IMG/VR virus record: IMGVR_UViG_2906626472_000001
Location: 54,886-118,885 of that record
Reading direction: 5' to 3' (one strand)
DNA: 64,000 nt
Source of the DNA: a virus
Taxonomy: Duplodnaviria; Caudoviricetes
A model generated the notes under the pieces. The model made no database searches. It saw nothing but the letters and a program-made list of their open reading frames with translations, and was not told the origin of the DNA. Made by a program: the position numbers and the translations under genes. Positions 63,265 to 64,000 of this stretch are shown here, piece by piece; position 1 is the stretch's first letter, and each line of letters starts with the position of its first letter.

Positions 63265-63737
63265 CCGACGCCTTTCACGGGCTCGATGTCGATCAGATCG
63301 CAGCTGACGCCGGCCTCGTCGTAGAAGGCCTGCGCAGCCTCAAGCGAGGCCTTCCAGCGGACCTTGCGTTCTTCGTCCAAGGTCGGAGCGACGACGCGCT
63401 TGATGCCGGCCTGGATCACATGGAGCGCGCACCGCTCGCAGGTGAGAAAGGGCCAGGTGTACAGCGTGTAGCCATGCAGAGGCTCGCGCGCCGTCAGGAT
63501 CGCGTTGATCTCGCCATGGACGACGAGCCCGTACTTCACGTCGCGGTCGTTCAGGCGATCGGCCGTGTCAGCGATCCCGCGGGGAAAGCCGTTGTAGCCG
63601 GTGGCCGCGACCGTGCGATCGGGGCGGGTGATGACAGCGCCAACCTTGGTGCTGGGGTCCTTCGACCCGTTGGCAATCTCGCGGGCGACGCCGAGGTGAT
63701 ACAGGTCCCACCAGAGCTGACTGCGCTTCTCCGTCAT
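63261..63737 (-). CDS. dCMP deaminase
   Basis: SKDPSTKVGAVI, GYNGFPRG, HGEINA, TCERC...IQAGI. Confidence 0.93.
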   Translation of the reverse strand: MTEKRSQLWWDLYHLGVAREIANGSKDPSTKVGAVITRPDRTVAATGYNGFPRGIADTADRLNDRDVKYGLVVHGEINAILTAREPLHGYTLYTWPFLTCERCALHVIQAGIKRVVAPTLDEERKVRWKASLEAAQAFYDEAGVSCDLIDIEPVKGVG

Positions 63738-64000
63738 GCCAGCACCTTCAGGCTCAGGATGCAGTAGCCGGGCGAGAGCACGGCGCTGGAGAAGGCACAC
63801 GGCACGGTGCGGTTCGCGATGTAGGACACCTCGACTTCCTGTTCCTCGCCCGTGTAGCGACCGTTGATGTTGTCGTACTCCTGGAGCACGATCACATCGC
63901 CGATCTGGTAGCCCTCGTCCTCACGCACGTCGTGAAGCTTCTGGCCGGCCTTGATGGCCTGGAAGAAGTGGGTCCAGGACTTCTTGTAGAACCGCGCCAT
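63734..64000 (-). CDS. ASCH/DUF3850 domain protein (may extend beyond the window)
   Basis: K.W..FF.AI..G.K...VR....YQIGD...LQEY......YTG. Confidence 0.85.
   Translation of the reverse strand: MARFYKKSWTHFFQAIKAGQKLHDVREDEGYQIGDVIVLQEYDNINGRYTGEEQEVEVSYIANRTVPCAFSSAVLSPGYCILSLKVLA

Noticed and set aside
1-64000. Integrase, att sites, IS elements, rRNA
   Set aside because: None recognisable, so prophage versus free phage or phage-plasmid status cannot be decided from this window.

Overview
The window is almost entirely a large, GC-rich tailed-phage or prophage segment with a contractile (P2/Mu-like) tail. The small accessory genes resemble Bradyrhizobium/Hyphomicrobiales genes, so that host group is my inference. 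From left to right: (1) 1-7.8 kb accessory region with a LigD-type ATP-dependent ligase, small proteases and hypotheticals, three tRNAs and a long structured non-coding tract; (2) 7.9-20 kb with a displaced tail/side fibre, thioredoxin, TerS, a ParA-like NTPase, an amber-interrupted kinase, tRNA-Cys, TerL, portal, scaffold and major capsid; (3) 20-30.4 kb neck, baseplate and tail fibre; (4) 30.4-35.8 kb, the most striking element: two short paralogous proteins ending in W-x-CACDCNC-x-CGK directly after the tail fibre, followed by a fatty-acid-desaturase-like gene, a GNAT-like gene, a radical SAM/SPASM enzyme and two AspH-like oxygenases, i.e. a RiPP-like modification cluster built into the virion tail operon; (5) 35.8-49.8 kb sheath, tube, frameshifted chaperone, tape measure with two cell-wall hydrolase domains, lysis cassette, A1-like phosphoesterase and dNMP kinase; (6) 49.9-60 kb compositionally distinct defence island (phosphatase plus macro-like gene, AIPR-like, PLD-SNF2 helicase, N6-MTase/TRD); (7) 60.8-64 kb minus-strand early genes (CHAP-like, MT-A70, dCMP deaminase, ASCH). 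A 16-bp palindrome (TTTGCWTGAATGCAAA) recurs at seven intergenic sites. No integrase, att site or CRISPR array was seen. All family calls come from motif recognition by eye; no database search was run.
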